In this document: positions 11,026-21,607 of the stretch, one piece after another | How positions within the stretch are numbered: position 1 is the first letter of the stretch | How the letters are laid out: each line of letters begins with the position of its first letter | Notes under the pieces: model-generated | What the model saw: only the letters and a program-made list of their open reading frames with translations | Told to the model about the DNA's origin: nothing | Database searches by the model: none | Origin: an uncultured Gemmatimonadales bacterium | GTDB lineage: Bacteria > Gemmatimonadota > Gemmatimonadetes > Gemmatimonadales > GWC2-71-9 | Length of the DNA stretch: 64,000 nt | NCBI GenBank assembly: GCA_963748815.1 | Contig: CAVVKJ010000010.1 | Coordinates: forward strand, 512,001-576,000 | Direction of reading: 5' to 3' | Position numbers and translations under genes: made by a program

Positions 11026-11497
11026 AGTCCTGCGGATCCAGCTTTTCCAGGTATTGCTTGAGCGATTCCGCGTCGAGGCGTCGCTCGGGGGCAGGCGGCC
11101 CGGACTCGGTGCCGCTCTTGTCGAGCAGGTCGTCGCTCGTGAAGATCGGGGCATGGAGTCGCAATGCCAGCGCGATGCTGTCGGAGGGCCGGGCGTCGAC
11201 CTGGACCATCTGTTCGTCGCGGCGAATCAGCAATTCGGCGAAATAGGTGTTGTCCCGGACATTGGTGATCGTGACCCGGCGGAGTTCGCCGCCGAGGCCC
11301 ACGATCACGTGCTTCAGCAAGTCGTGGGTCATCGGGCGCTGGGCCTTGACCCCCTGCATTTCCATGGCGATGGCGCTGGCTTCCGCGGGCCCGATCCAGA
11401 TGGGCAGGACCCGCTCGCCGTCGCGCTCCCGCAACAGGACCACCGGACTGTTGGTGTTCTGATCGAGGCCCAGATGCACGACCTGCACCTCGATCAT
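11006..11497 (-). CDS. Bifunctional nuclease family protein (DUF151/BFN)
   Basis: PVVLLRE..ERVLPIWIGPAEASAI, RPMTHDL, TYFAEL, VDARPSDSIALALR. Confidence 0.92.
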   Translation of the reverse strand: MIEVQVVHLGLDQNTNSPVVLLRERDGERVLPIWIGPAEASAIAMEMQGVKAQRPMTHDLLKHVIVGLGGELRRVTITNVRDNTYFAELLIRRDEQMVQVDARPSDSIALALRLHAPIFTSDDLLDKSGTESGPPAPERRLDAESLKQYLEKLDPQDFGRFNP

Positions 11498-11504
11498 CGG
11501 GACG

Positions 11505-12740
11505 CTACCGCGCTTCGCTCAGCAGGGCGCGCACCCGGCTGGGCTCTTCCCAGGTGAAGAACTGCTGGGGCTTGCCGTTCACCCTGGCCGTGACCGGCTT
11601 CCGGCCGAAGTGGCCGTAGGCGGCGGTGGGGCTGTAAATCGGCCGCTTGAGTTTGAGGGCCGAGATGATGCCCCGCGGCGTGAGGTCGAACGCCCGGCTC
11701 ACGACGCGCTCGAGACGCGGGTCGGGCATCACCCCGGTGCCGAAGGTGTCGACCATGATCGACACCGGCTCCGCGACACCGATGGCATACGCGACCTGCA
11801 CTTCGCACCGGTCGGCGAGCTTGGCCTCGACGATGTTCTTGGCCACCCAGCGTGCCGCGTACGTGGCGCTCCGGTCGACCTTGGAGGGGTCCTTGCCGCT
11901 GAAGGCGCCGCCGCCGTGGCGCGCCATCCCGCCGTAGGTGTCCACGATGATCTTGCGGCCGGTCAGCCCGGCGTCGCCGTGGGGCCCGCCAATGACAAAC
12001 CGCCCGGTGGGGTTGATCAGGAACTTGGTGCGCCCCTCCCCGAACCCCGCCTTGTCCAGCACCGGCCGAATCACGTGCTCGATGACCGCCTGCCGAATGG
12101 TTGCCTGCGAGAGCTGCCGACCGCCGTGGCGCTCCGCGTGCTGGGTGGAGACCACCACCGTCCGGACCCCCACCGGCCGGTCGCCCTCGTATTCCACCGA
12201 GACCTGCGACTTGCCGTCGGGCCGCAGCCACTCCAGCTGGTCGAGGCCATGGATGCCCTTCCGGACCGCAGCCAGCCGCTCGGCGATGCGGTGCGCAAGC
12301 ATGATCGGCAGCGGCATCCGCTCGCGGGTTTCCCGCGTGGCGTAGCCAAACATCATCCCCTGGTCGCCCGCCCCCTGCGCCTTGTCGCTCGTCTCATCCA
12401 CGCCCATCGCGATGTCGGCCGACTGCCGCCCGATGGACGACAGCACCGCGCACGTCCGCGAATCGAAGCCGTGCGTGGCGTCGTTGTAGCCGATGCGCTC
12501 GACCGTCTGCCGGACGATCCCGGGAATGTCGACATAGGTCTTGGTGGTGATTTCTCCCGACACCATGACCATGCCCGTGGTCACGAGCGTCTCGCAGGCG
12601 ACCCGCCCGTTCGGGTCCTCGGCGAGGATCGCGTCGAGGACGGCGTCCGAGATCTGGTCGGCCACCTTGTCCGGGTGACCCTCGGTCACGGACTCGGAGG
12701 TGAAGAGGTACCGCTTCTGCTTCGCGCGCTTGGCAGTCAT
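11505..12740 (-). CDS. metK: S-adenosylmethionine synthetase
   Basis: [42 protein letters not shown]. Confidence 0.98.
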   Translation of the reverse strand: MTAKRAKQKRYLFTSESVTEGHPDKVADQISDAVLDAILAEDPNGRVACETLVTTGMVMVSGEITTKTYVDIPGIVRQTVERIGYNDATHGFDSRTCAVLSSIGRQSADIAMGVDETSDKAQGAGDQGMMFGYATRETRERMPLPIMLAHRIAERLAAVRKGIHGLDQLEWLRPDGKSQVSVEYEGDRPVGVRTVVVSTQHAERHGGRQLSQATIRQAVIEHVIRPVLDKAGFGEGRTKFLINPTGRFVIGGPHGDAGLTGRKIIVDTYGGMARHGGGAFSGKDPSKVDRSATYAARWVAKNIVEAKLADRCEVQVAYAIGVAEPVSIMVDTFGTGVMPDPRLERVVSRAFDLTPRGIISALKLKRPIYSPTAAYGHFGRKPVTARVNGKPQQFFTWEEPSRVRALLSEAR

Positions 12741-12770
12741 CGAAAAACCGGTCAGAGGGGTTGAGGAGCT

Positions 12771-14582
12771 TCAGTTCGATGGAATACTAGCGGGCGGCCG
12801 GTACGTCGGCAACGCGCCCGCCGGGTCGATCACCGCAAGGTCGAGGTGCGCACCGACCGCGGCCCGGAGGATCTCGCGGACCTCGACCGAGGTGTCCGCT
12901 TGCAAGGCCCGCGCCGCGGCGTCCTCGGCGACCGACGCCGGGACGCTCCGCACGATCAGCTTGAGCAGCGGCAGCGCCGGCGGCGCCACGCTGAGCTCGA
13001 CGAAGCCAAGGCCCATGAGGAGCACCGCTGAGAGCGGCTCGGAGGCCATTTCCCCGCAGATGCTGACCGGGATGCCCGCCGCGCTCGCCGCCTGGTGGAC
13101 CGCGCGAAGCTGCCGCAGGATGGCCGGGTGCTCGGTCCGAAAACGGTCGGCCAGCCTGGCGTTCCCCCGGTCGACGACCAGCGTGTACTGCGTCAGGTCA
13201 TTGGTCCCGACGCTGAAGAAGTCGGAGACCGCGGCGAGTCGATCGGCGAGGATGACGGCAGCGGGCGTCTCGATCATCACCCCGACGGGCAGGCGGTCCG
13301 CGACCTGCTCCCCCGCGGCGCGGAGCGCGGTGCGCTCCTCATCGAGCATGGCCCGTACACGCGTCACCTCGTCCACGCTGGTGATGAGCGGGAGCATGAT
13401 CCGAAGGTCGCGCCCGAAGCCCGCCCGCAGCACGGCGCGCAACTGCGGCCGGAAGATCTCGGGGTGGTCGAGGCAGACCCGGATCGACCGCCAGCCCAGG
13501 AAGGGGTTCGCCTCAATCGGCGCCTCGAAGGCGGCGGGAAATTTGTCGCCGCCCAGATCGAAGGTGCGCACCACGACCGGCTGATCGGGAAAGGCCTGGG
13601 CCACCCGCCGGAAGTAGTCGGTCTGTTCCGATTCGGACGGGACGACCGCGCGCCCCGTCAGGAGGAACTCGGTCCGCAACAGCCCCACGCCTTCCGCCCC
13701 GTGCCGGACCGCCGGTTCGATTTCCTCGGGCAGATCCACATTGCCGCGCAACGCCATCCGGCGGCCATCCGGAGTCACCGCCGGCGCCGAGAGTCCGGCC
13801 TCCAGCTTGAGTTCGAGGCGGTGGCGGCGATGCAGCCGGGTCTTCGCTTCCTCGAGTTCACTCCGGTTGGGGTCGAGGATCACCGTGCCGGTACGGCCGT
13901 CGAGGAGGATCATCTGGCCGTCGCGGACCCGCTGGATCGCGCCGGAGACGCCCATCACCGCGGGAATGCCCAGCGAGTGGGCGAGGATCGCAGCGTGGGA
14001 GGTCCGGGTGCCCTCTTCGCTCAGCAGCCCCACCACGTGCTCCCGGTCGAGCTGCACCGTCAGGCCGGGAGAGAGCTCGTGCGCCACCACGATCACCTGT
14101 TCGTCGAGCGTGCCGGACCAGGGTTCGCGCTCCGTCTGTCCCATCAGCTTCAGCACGACCCGTCGCTGGATGGCCGTCAGGTCGGCGAGGCGCTCCCGGA
14201 GCTGGGCGCTGCCGGAACTGGCCCAGAGATTCCGCAGCTCGAGCGCCTTGAATTCGTAGGCCGTCTCGGCGCTGAGCTGGTTCTTCCGGATGAGGAGCTC
14301 GACCCCGGCGAGAAAGTCGGGATCCTGCACCATGAGGATCTGCGCCTCGAAGATGCGTGACTCCTCGACCCCCGCGCGGACCAGCACCCGTTCGCGTAGC
14401 GATTCCAGCCCGACGACCGCCTCCCGCACCGCGTCGTGAAGCCGGGCGACTTCCCCAGGAAGGTCCGCCTCCTCGACGGTGCGATCAGGTACGTCCGGGA
14501 ACCCCCAGTGCACCACCATCGCAGCGGCGAAGCCGACCCCGGGAGAGACCCCGATCCCCTGCAGACGGCGCGGGTCGTTCAC
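12771..14582 (-). CDS. ptsI: PTS enzyme I (PEP-protein phosphotransferase), no GAF domain
   Basis: TSHAAILA phospho-His, GVGLLRTEFL, RTFDLGGDK, EANPFLGWRSIR, GTNDLTQY, CGEMA; GTG start by overlap. Confidence 0.95.
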   Translation of the reverse strand: MNDPRRLQGIGVSPGVGFAAAMVVHWGFPDVPDRTVEEADLPGEVARLHDAVREAVVGLESLRERVLVRAGVEESRIFEAQILMVQDPDFLAGVELLIRKNQLSAETAYEFKALELRNLWASSGSAQLRERLADLTAIQRRVVLKLMGQTEREPWSGTLDEQVIVVAHELSPGLTVQLDREHVVGLLSEEGTRTSHAAILAHSLGIPAVMGVSGAIQRVRDGQMILLDGRTGTVILDPNRSELEEAKTRLHRRHRLELKLEAGLSAPAVTPDGRRMALRGNVDLPEEIEPAVRHGAEGVGLLRTEFLLTGRAVVPSESEQTDYFRRVAQAFPDQPVVVRTFDLGGDKFPAAFEAPIEANPFLGWRSIRVCLDHPEIFRPQLRAVLRAGFGRDLRIMLPLITSVDEVTRVRAMLDEERTALRAAGEQVADRLPVGVMIETPAAVILADRLAAVSDFFSVGTNDLTQYTLVVDRGNARLADRFRTEHPAILRQLRAVHQAASAAGIPVSICGEMASEPLSAVLLMGLGFVELSVAPPALPLLKLIVRSVPASVAEDAAARALQADTSVEVREILRAAVGAHLDLAVIDPAGALPTYRPPASIPSN

Positions 14583-14845
14583 GTCTCGCCGAACCCGTCC
14601 GCGACCAGCGCGACCATGGCGTCCAGTGCCGCCTCGGCATCGGGGCCCTCGGCCCGGATCGTGATCGTGCTGCCGCACTCGGCGGCGAGCATCATCACGC
14701 CCATGATGCTCTTACCGTTGATGGCCAGGTCGTCCTTCACCAGTTCGATGTGCGACTGGAAGCCCGACGCCAGCTTGACCAGGCGGGCCGCCGGCCGGGC
14801 GTGCATTCCGAGCGGGTTCACGATCGTCGCTTCGCGTTCGATCAC
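14579..14845 (-). CDS. ptsH: Phosphocarrier protein HPr
   Basis: NPLGMHARPAA (His15), GKSIMGVMMLAA (Ser46). Confidence 0.96.
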   Translation of the reverse strand: MIEREATIVNPLGMHARPAARLVKLASGFQSHIELVKDDLAINGKSIMGVMMLAAECGSTITIRAEGPDAEAALDAMVALVADGFGET

Positions 14846-15585
14846 GGCGCAAACCTCGTCCAGAGAAGGGTGAGTACGGCAAGGAGCAGCCCCACGCGCA
14901 GGGCGGCCCACCGGGCGCCGCCCCATCGACGGGCGGCCAGCGCGATGGCCGCGCTCGCGCCGGTCGCCAGCGCAGCGTCACCGAGAGGAGCGGAGAGAGA
15001 GCCCAACAGCCACGCGCCCGCGAGCGGAAGGGCCGCCCCCACGGCAAATCCTGCCGGCGCCGCAATCCTGGCGACGCCCTTCGGCAGCCAGGAGGCGGAG
15101 ATCGCGGTGCCCACCTGCATGCCGGACTCGAGCCCCGTCGCGAGCGCCCACCGGGTGACGGCGAGCCGAATCACGTTGTAACCCACGACGACCCCCGCGA
15201 GCACCCACCCTCCCCCGCCCAGCGCGACGCCCGCCAACGCGACCGACATGAGGATCGGGACCATGCCAGCCCAGAAGAACTGGTCGCCGAGGGCGCCGAG
15301 CGGACTGCAGAGCGCGGTCCGCAGCCGCTGGATCTGCGCGCCAGGGACCCCGTCGTGCTCCGCCCGCGTGGAGGCACCGAGCGCGAGGCCGGCCAGGTAC
15401 GGATGGCAGTTGAAGAATTCCGCCGACCGCGCCGTCGCTTCCTTGTGCCGGGCCGGGTCGGCGGACTCGAGGTCGGCGAGCAGTGGCTCCGCCGCATTCC
15501 CCATTCCGACCCCGATCATCCGCTCGTAGCTCCACGCCCCCTGCACCGCCAGCAGCCGAAGGAGCGCGCGACCCTGACCCTTCAC
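14842..15585 (-). CDS. PTS mannose/fructose/sorbose family IID component
   Basis: QGAWSYERM, EFFNCHPY, PLGALGDQFFW. Confidence 0.88.
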   Translation of the reverse strand: MKGQGRALLRLLAVQGAWSYERMIGVGMGNAAEPLLADLESADPARHKEATARSAEFFNCHPYLAGLALGASTRAEHDGVPGAQIQRLRTALCSPLGALGDQFFWAGMVPILMSVALAGVALGGGGWVLAGVVVGYNVIRLAVTRWALATGLESGMQVGTAISASWLPKGVARIAAPAGFAVGAALPLAGAWLLGSLSAPLGDAALATGASAAIALAARRWGGARWAALRVGLLLAVLTLLWTRFAP

Positions 15586-16274
15586 CGCGGGACTCCAATG
15601 CCGACGATCAGCAGCACCCCGGTCGCGGCGCCGAGCCCCAGCCAAACCAGCCGCCGCCCCCGACCCGCCGTGCGGAGCGCCCCGGAGAGCGCGGCGGCCA
15701 ACCCCGCGCCGAGGAGCACTGGCGCGAGCAGGGGATTCGCCCACCTCGGCGAGGCGGAGGTCACGACGACGATCGCCAGCGTCAGGCCCAGCGCCGTCAC
15801 GACGGCCGCCCGCGCCGCGTCGCGCGCGATCCCGGCCCACTGCAGACGATGGATCGCGCGGGCCGATCCCGCATTCAAGTCGTCGGACAGCTGATGCACG
15901 TGACGGGCATTCGCGTGCCGCAGCCAGTCAAGGGTGCGCCCGGCCACCAGCGCCATCACGAGCCCGAGCAGGCTGCCGACGCCGGTCCCCATGCCGACCG
16001 GCAGCAGCGCGGCGGCCGTCACGGCCGCCACCGCTGCGGGGCCATACTCGGGGTATCGGCTCGCACCGACCGGCAGCACGTCGAGCGCATACAGTTCCAG
16101 CACCGCGCCGACCCGGAGTCCGGTGTCGAGGTCGCCGAGGAGCCAACCGGCCACCGACCCCGCCACGAGCGGCCGGGAGAGGAGCCCCTGCGGCACGCTG
16201 ACCAGGTCGAGTCCGACGATCGTGCCCCACACCAACAGCGCCGCCAGCGGCAGGTAGAGCTGCTCCGGGCTCAT
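15582..16274 (-). CDS. PTS mannose/fructose/sorbose family IIC component
   Basis: LDLVSVPQGLLSRPLVAG..GWLLGD..TGLRVGAVLELY..PVGASRYPE; hydrophobic. Confidence 0.85.
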   Translation of the reverse strand: MSPEQLYLPLAALLVWGTIVGLDLVSVPQGLLSRPLVAGSVAGWLLGDLDTGLRVGAVLELYALDVLPVGASRYPEYGPAAVAAVTAAALLPVGMGTGVGSLLGLVMALVAGRTLDWLRHANARHVHQLSDDLNAGSARAIHRLQWAGIARDAARAAVVTALGLTLAIVVVTSASPRWANPLLAPVLLGAGLAAALSGALRTAGRGRRLVWLGLGAATGVLLIVGIGVPR

Positions 16275-16744
16275 GCCAGTGACTCGAGCGGGACGGCCCC
16301 CGCGCCGGGGACGTCTTCCGCGGAAACCTGGACGCCGGCCGCCCGGAGCCGCTGCAGCGCGGTGAGCTCCTCGTCCGTCAGGTAGAGGTAGGGGAGTCGC
16401 TCGGTGCGGCCATCGCGATGGTGGATGCCGCCGAGATTGACTGCGGGAGGGTGCGGGATGCCAGCCAGCAGACGCGTCATCGTCTCGATCGAACCGGTCA
16501 GGAGCAGCACGGCGAGGGGGCCGCCCTGCCAGTCGGCCAGCCGATCGCGCGCCTGCTCGGTGCTCAGGAACTCGACCTGGAGTTCGGAGGGTACCGCCAT
16601 GCGGTAGAGGTCCTGCTCCCAGGCGCTGGCGGCCACGTCGTCGTCGACGAGGACGATGTCCCGGATGTCCAGGGCGCGGGCCCACCCCAGCACAACCTGG
16701 CCGTGGATCAGGCGGTCATCGATGCGGCAAAGCCGGATCGGCAT
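16271..16744 (-). CDS. PTS mannose family IIB component
   Basis: RIDDRLIHGQV phospho-His motif; VNLGGIH. Confidence 0.93.
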   Translation of the reverse strand: MPIRLCRIDDRLIHGQVVLGWARALDIRDIVLVDDDVAASAWEQDLYRMAVPSELQVEFLSTEQARDRLADWQGGPLAVLLLTGSIETMTRLLAGIPHPPAVNLGGIHHRDGRTERLPYLYLTDEELTALQRLRAAGVQVSAEDVPGAGAVPLESLA

Positions 16745-17118
16745 CAGGGGGCCCGGATGGCGCGCTCGCCGGTGGCGACCGCGCGGGCGGCCGCCTCCGT
16801 GGGCGTCTCGTCGACGTGAAACACGAAATCGATGAGCATCGCGAGGTTGACCCCAGTCACCACCTTGACGTTTGGTTCCTCCCGGAGCCGGTGCATCGCG
16901 GCGAAGAGGCAGGAGCCGCTCGGCATGTCCACGAAGACCACTGCGGGCTTCGCGGCGATTGCGCTTGTGATGCGCGCCTCGATCGTGGCGGGATCGCAGC
17001 CGGTGTTGCTGACCGGCACGAGCAGCCCGGTCAGGCCGGTGATCTGTTCCGCCGCCGCGACCATCGCCGCCGCCAGCCCGCCGTGACAGACCACGACGCC
17101 GCGCAGCGCCTCACTCAT
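16744..17118 (-). CDS. PTS mannose family IIA component
   Basis: VVVCHGGLA, FVDMPSGS, VTGVNLAMLI. Confidence 0.9.
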   Translation of the reverse strand: MSEALRGVVVCHGGLAAAMVAAAEQITGLTGLLVPVSNTGCDPATIEARITSAIAAKPAVVFVDMPSGSCLFAAMHRLREEPNVKVVTGVNLAMLIDFVFHVDETPTEAAARAVATGERAIRAP

Positions 17119-18076
17119 AGTCTTCCTGCAGGTATTCCCGGATGCCGCGCTGTTCCTTCATTCGCCGGATGAGCCGCTCGTTGAACGCCGCCGCCACGTC
17201 CACGCCGGAATAGCGCAGGAGGTGCATCATCGCCACCACCTCGGAAATGACCGTGAGGTTCTTGCCGGGGTTCAGCGGCACGATCACCTTGGGGACCTTC
17301 ACGTCGAGAATCTCGACTTCCTGCTGCGCCAGCCCGGTCCGTTCCGCTTCCTGTGCGTGTTCCCAGTCCTCGAGCTGGACCACGACCTCGATCCGCTTCT
17401 GCTGCCGGATGGCCCGCACCCCGAACAGGGCCGAGATGTCGACCAGGCCGATGCCGCGAATTTCCATGTGATGCTGGGCGAGCTCATGTCCCTTGCCGAT
17501 CAGGACCCCGTTGCCACGGCGGGAGACCTGCACGACGTCGTCGGCCACCAGGCGATGCCCCCGCTCCACGAGGTCGAGAACGCACTCGCTCTTCCCGATG
17601 CCCGACCGCCCGATGAACAGGAGGCCCACGCCGTAGACGTCCGCGAGGGAACCGTGCAGCGTGGTCCGCGGGGCGAACGCCTCCTCGAGCACCGGCTTGA
17701 TGCGCCGATAGAACTCGGCGGTCTTGAGCTGGGTGCGGACGATGGGCACCTGGCGGCGTTCCGCGAGGGCCATCATTTCCGGCGGGACCGGCAGCCCCTT
17801 GGTGACGAACACCACCGGCAGGTCGAACGCGAAGAGCGCCCCCAGCGCCGACTCGCGGGCGGGACCGTCGAGCGAGGCGAGATAGGTGATCTCCGTCTCG
17901 CCGAAGACGTGGATGCGCTGCGCGATGAAGCGGCCGGTAAAGCCGGCCAGCGCCAGGCCCGGACTCGCCACTTCGGAGTCCGGGAGAAACCGGTCCAGGC
18001 ACAGGGCGCCGGTCAGACACTCCAGCTGGAGCGTCTCGCCGCTGCCCTCGACCAGGTCGCGGAGGCGGAGGGTCAC
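17111..18076 (-). CDS. hprK: HPr(Ser) kinase/phosphorylase
   Basis: PGLALAGF, HGSLADVYGVG, GRSGIGKSE, GHRLVADD, HHMEIRGIG. Confidence 0.97.
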   Translation of the reverse strand: MTLRLRDLVEGSGETLQLECLTGALCLDRFLPDSEVASPGLALAGFTGRFIAQRIHVFGETEITYLASLDGPARESALGALFAFDLPVVFVTKGLPVPPEMMALAERRQVPIVRTQLKTAEFYRRIKPVLEEAFAPRTTLHGSLADVYGVGLLFIGRSGIGKSECVLDLVERGHRLVADDVVQVSRRGNGVLIGKGHELAQHHMEIRGIGLVDISALFGVRAIRQQKRIEVVVQLEDWEHAQEAERTGLAQQEVEILDVKVPKVIVPLNPGKNLTVISEVVAMMHLLRYSGVDVAAAFNERLIRRMKEQRGIREYLQEDYE

Positions 18077-18390
18077 ACGTTGTCCAGTTCGGTCGGTTTC
18101 CGGCTGCGCAGCCGGCGAGTGCCCGGCTTTTCCAGCTGGCGGCGCAGGCGGCCTTCGGCCTGGTCGAGCGCCGACCGGTGGTCGTCCCCACGGCCGGCGG
18201 CGAGGATCGGCGCTTCGCCGGGCGCGAGATACCGAAGTTCGGCGGTCGGGACGCCGGCATCGACGTCAAACAGCACGGTCACGTCTGCGGCGCGCCCGGA
18301 GCGCACCTCGAGGCGGGTGGCGATGTCGTGGGCGCGTTCGCGCAGGAGGTCGGGCAGTTCGCAGTGGCGGGCGGTGATGGTAACGGGCAT
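18073..18390 (-). CDS. hpf: Ribosome hibernation factor HPF/RaiA family (short, divergent)
   Basis: ITARHCEL...SALDQAEGRLRRQLEK; canonical position upstream of hprK. Confidence 0.75.
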   Translation of the reverse strand: MPVTITARHCELPDLLRERAHDIATRLEVRSGRAADVTVLFDVDAGVPTAELRYLAPGEAPILAAGRGDDHRSALDQAEGRLRRQLEKPGTRRLRSRKPTELDNV

Positions 18391-18414
18391 GGGTCCCCCC
18401 GTGAAGATGACAGG

Positions 18415-19525
18415 TCAGCGGCCGGCGAGTTCCCGGAGATGGGACTCGGTGAGTTCGGCCGCGTGCTCCCAGGAAAGCGCTTCGGCGAATCGGCGTCCGG
18501 CAACGCCCAACTGCTCGACCAGCGCCGGATTGGCGGCCAACTCCAGCATCCGCCCGGCCAGGGCCTCGGCGTCCCCGTGCGGGACGAGGTACCCGGTCTC
18601 TCCCGGCCGGACCGAGTCCCGGAGGCCGGGGCTGTCGGAGGCGAGCGACGGGGTGCCACACGCCGCCGCCTCCACAACGGTAATACCCCACCCCTCCTTG
18701 GGCGAAGGGAAGATGTTCGCCCAGGTGCTCCGCAGCAGCCGGAGCTTGTGCTCCTCGGAGACGAAGCCGTGGAACCGGACCGCTCCGCCCAGCCCCAGTT
18801 CGGCGGCGAGCGACTCGAGCCGGGGCCGATCATCCCCCGACCCGGCGATGTCGAGCAGCAGATCCGGCCGGGTGGCCCGGGCCGCGGCCAGCGCCCGGAT
18901 CGCCAGGTCCACCCCCTTGTACCGCTTCAGCCGTCCGACGTACAGGAACGATGGCGGGCTCGTCCGGCGCACGGAGGGATCGGGAGCGAATTCGGTGGCG
19001 TCCACGCCGGGATGAATCACCCGGATGCGTTCGGCCGGCACTCCACGCGCCACGAGATCGTCGCGGGTGCTCTCGCTGATGGCCTCGAACTCCGCCCGTC
19101 GGTAGGCCCAGGGAATCGGCCGCTCGGCGAGCCACACGGTGGCCGCCATCGGCCAGGGCGCCTCCTGGAACGCCGTCGTGCCGAACAGGTGGGGCACCAG
19201 GACGCAGAAGGGACGGTCGGTCAGCCAGGCCAGGAAGAGCGGCAGCTTGTTGATGTCTTCGACCACGACATCGGGCGGTTCCTCGGCGAGCGCCCGGCGT
19301 ACCGCGCCGCGCGCCGCCAGCGCGAAGGTGTTGCGGCCAGCCACCCGCGTGACCGCGATCCCCTCCACCTCTTCCGACGGCACGCAACCGGGCCACCCGG
19401 AGCAAATCAGCCGGACCCGGTGTCCCCGGGCCACGAGGCGACGGAAGATCTCGAAGAGATGAATCTCCGCCCCGCCGGCCAGCGGGTTCAGCCGGTCCAG
19501 CCAGTTGACGACGAGGAGGTTCACA
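18415..19525 (-). CDS. Glycosyltransferase family 4
   Basis: NWLDRLNPLAGGAEIH, YVGRLKRYKG, PSPKEGWGITVVEAAACGTP; GTG start overlapping the nusB TGA. Confidence 0.9.
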
Positions 19526-19929
19526 GCCGGCCGAGCGAGCGCGCGATCCGGTCGAGCACGCCGTTGACGAACGCCGGCGTCTTCGGGCCCGCCGAACCAC
19601 TGGCTGAGACGGATCGCCTCGTCGATCACCACCTTTGGCGGCGTCTCGCCCCCTTCGAGCTCGTGGATGCCGAGCCGGAGGATGTTGCGCTCGACAATGC
19701 CGATGCGCTCAATGCGCCAGTTGTCCGCGGCGTCGCGGATGCGGCGGTCAAGGGCCTCCCGGTTGGCAAGGACCCCGCTCGCCAGGAGTTCGGCGCCATC
19801 GAGGGCGCGTTCCGGACCGGTCAGGCGCGCCAGCCCGGTTGCGGCGGCGACCGACCCGGTCCCGGTGATTTCGCAGGCGTAGAGCAGCTGGAGCGCGCGG
19901 GCGCGGGCGCGAGTCTCAGGTCGGAGCAT
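19522..19929 (-). CDS. nusB: Transcription antitermination factor NusB (frameshift near 19587)
   Basis: RARARALQLLY, NWRIERIGIVERNILRLG, PPKVVIDEAI; after the shift KTPAFVNGVLDRIA; follows ribH. Confidence 0.9.
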
Positions 19930-20395
19930 CGGCCCTCCGGATGCGGGCCAGGGCGTCGGCCGCCGTGATGGCGGCCTCAGCCGCCTCGTAGCCCTTGTTC
20001 CCGGCGGCCCCGCCGGCCCGTTCCAGTGCCTGCTCCATGGTGTCGACCGTCAGCAGCCCGAATCCGACCGGCAGGACGTGGGTGCGGGCGACAGTGCCCA
20101 GGCCGCGCGTCGTTTCGCCGGCGACGAATTCGAAATGGGGCGTGTCGCCCCGGACGACGGCGCCCAGCGCAATGAGGCAGGCGTACTGTCCCGACCGGGC
20201 GACCTCTTCCGCCAGCATCGGCAGCTCGAACGCCCCCGACACCCAGAACACGTCGACATGCCGATCGGCGATGCGGGCGTCGCGGCAGCAGTGCCGGGCG
20301 CCTTCGAGAAGGCGCCCCGTCACGAGCTCGTTGTAGCGGCTGACCAGGATAGCGACTCGACCAACCGGGCCGAGTCGGCCGGTGTATTCAGGCAT
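19916..20395 (-). CDS. ribH: 6,7-dimethyl-8-ribityllumazine synthase
   Basis: VSRYN, VSGAFELP, GAVVRGDTPHFEFV, GNKGYEAA. Confidence 0.96.
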   Translation of the reverse strand: MPEYTGRLGPVGRVAILVSRYNELVTGRLLEGARHCCRDARIADRHVDVFWVSGAFELPMLAEEVARSGQYACLIALGAVVRGDTPHFEFVAGETTRGLGTVARTHVLPVGFGLLTVDTMEQALERAGGAAGNKGYEAAEAAITAADALARIRRADAPT

Positions 20396-20400
20396 GGGGC

Positions 20401-21607
20401 TCAGTGGGCCAGAAGGTGGCCGAGCTTGTCGCGCTTGGCGGCGAGATAGTCGGTGTTTTCCCGGGTCTGGTCGATCAGGAGCGGGACCCGCTCGACGATC
20501 TCGAGCCCGTATCCCTCGACGCCGACGAGCTTGCGCGGGTTGTTGGTGAGGATGCGAATGGTGGTGAGGCCGAGGTCGCGGAGGATCTGCGCCCCGATGC
20601 CGTAGTTCCGGAGGTCGGGGGCGAACCCGAGGCGTTCGTTGGCCTCGACGGTGTCGTCGCCGCCGTCCTGCAGGGCGTAGGCGCGCAGCTTGTTCAGCAG
20701 GCCGATGCCCCGCCCTTCCTGATCGAGGTAGACGATCACCCCCGCGCCGGCGGCGACCACCTGCCGCATGGCTGCGTGCAGCTGCGCGCCGCAGTCACAC
20801 CGCTGCGAGCCGAAGACGTCGCCGGTGAGGCACTTGGAGTGCATGCGGACGAGCACATGCGCGGCGCCCTCGACGTCGCCGTGCACCAGGGCGACGTGCT
20901 CGGCGTCGTCCACGTCGTTCCGGTAGCCGATGACGCGAAACTCGACCGAACTCGGTGGGGAGCCGCGCGGTCGCGACCCGGTGCACCAGCCGCTCCTTCT
21001 GCAGGCGGTACGCGACGAGGTCGGCCACCGTCACGAACGTCAGGGTGTGCTGGGCCGCGAACACCTCGAGTTCCGGCCGGCGCGCCATCGTGCCGTCCGG
21101 ATTCAGGATTTCACAGATGACGCCGGCGGGGGCCAGTCCCGCGAGGCGGGCCAGATCGACGCTCGCCTCCGTCTGACCGACGCGCTGCAGCACGCCGCCC
21201 GGCCGGGCGCGCAGCGGGAAGATATGGCCCGGGCGCCGCAGGTCGGCCGCGACCGTGGCCGGATTGATGGCCACGTGAATCGTGGCGGCGCGATCGGCGG
21301 CCGAAATGCCGGTCGTCACGCCGAACCGGCGCTCGGCGTCGATGCTGACCGTGAACGCCGTGCTCAGGGCCTCGGTGTTGTGCTCCGCCATCTGGGGGAG
21401 CCCCAGCTGGTCGCAGCGCTCGCCGGTGAGGGCCAGGCAGATCAGCCCCCGACCGTGCAGCGCCATGAAATTGACCATTTCGGGGGTGACGAGTTCCGCC
21501 GCGCAGACAAGGTCGCCCTCGTTCTCACGGTTCTCGTCGTCCGCCACGATGACGATCTTGCCGTTGCGGAGATCCTCGATGGCCTGCTCGATCTTTGCGA
21601 ACATCAT
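20401..21607 (-). CDS. ribBA: Bifunctional DHBP synthase / GTP cyclohydrolase II (frameshift near 20945)
   Basis: [28 protein letters not shown]; then [35 protein letters not shown]. Confidence 0.94.

Noticed and set aside
12741..12790. SAM riboswitch upstream of metK
   Set aside because: Gap is only 30 bp with no SAM-I/II core; only a possible TAGTAT -10 is visible
18415..19929. Apparent NusB-glycosyltransferase fusion ORF (504 aa)
   Set aside because: One extra C near 19587; the NusB C-terminus (FVNGVLD) is in another frame and ends at a GTGA overlap with the GT4 start
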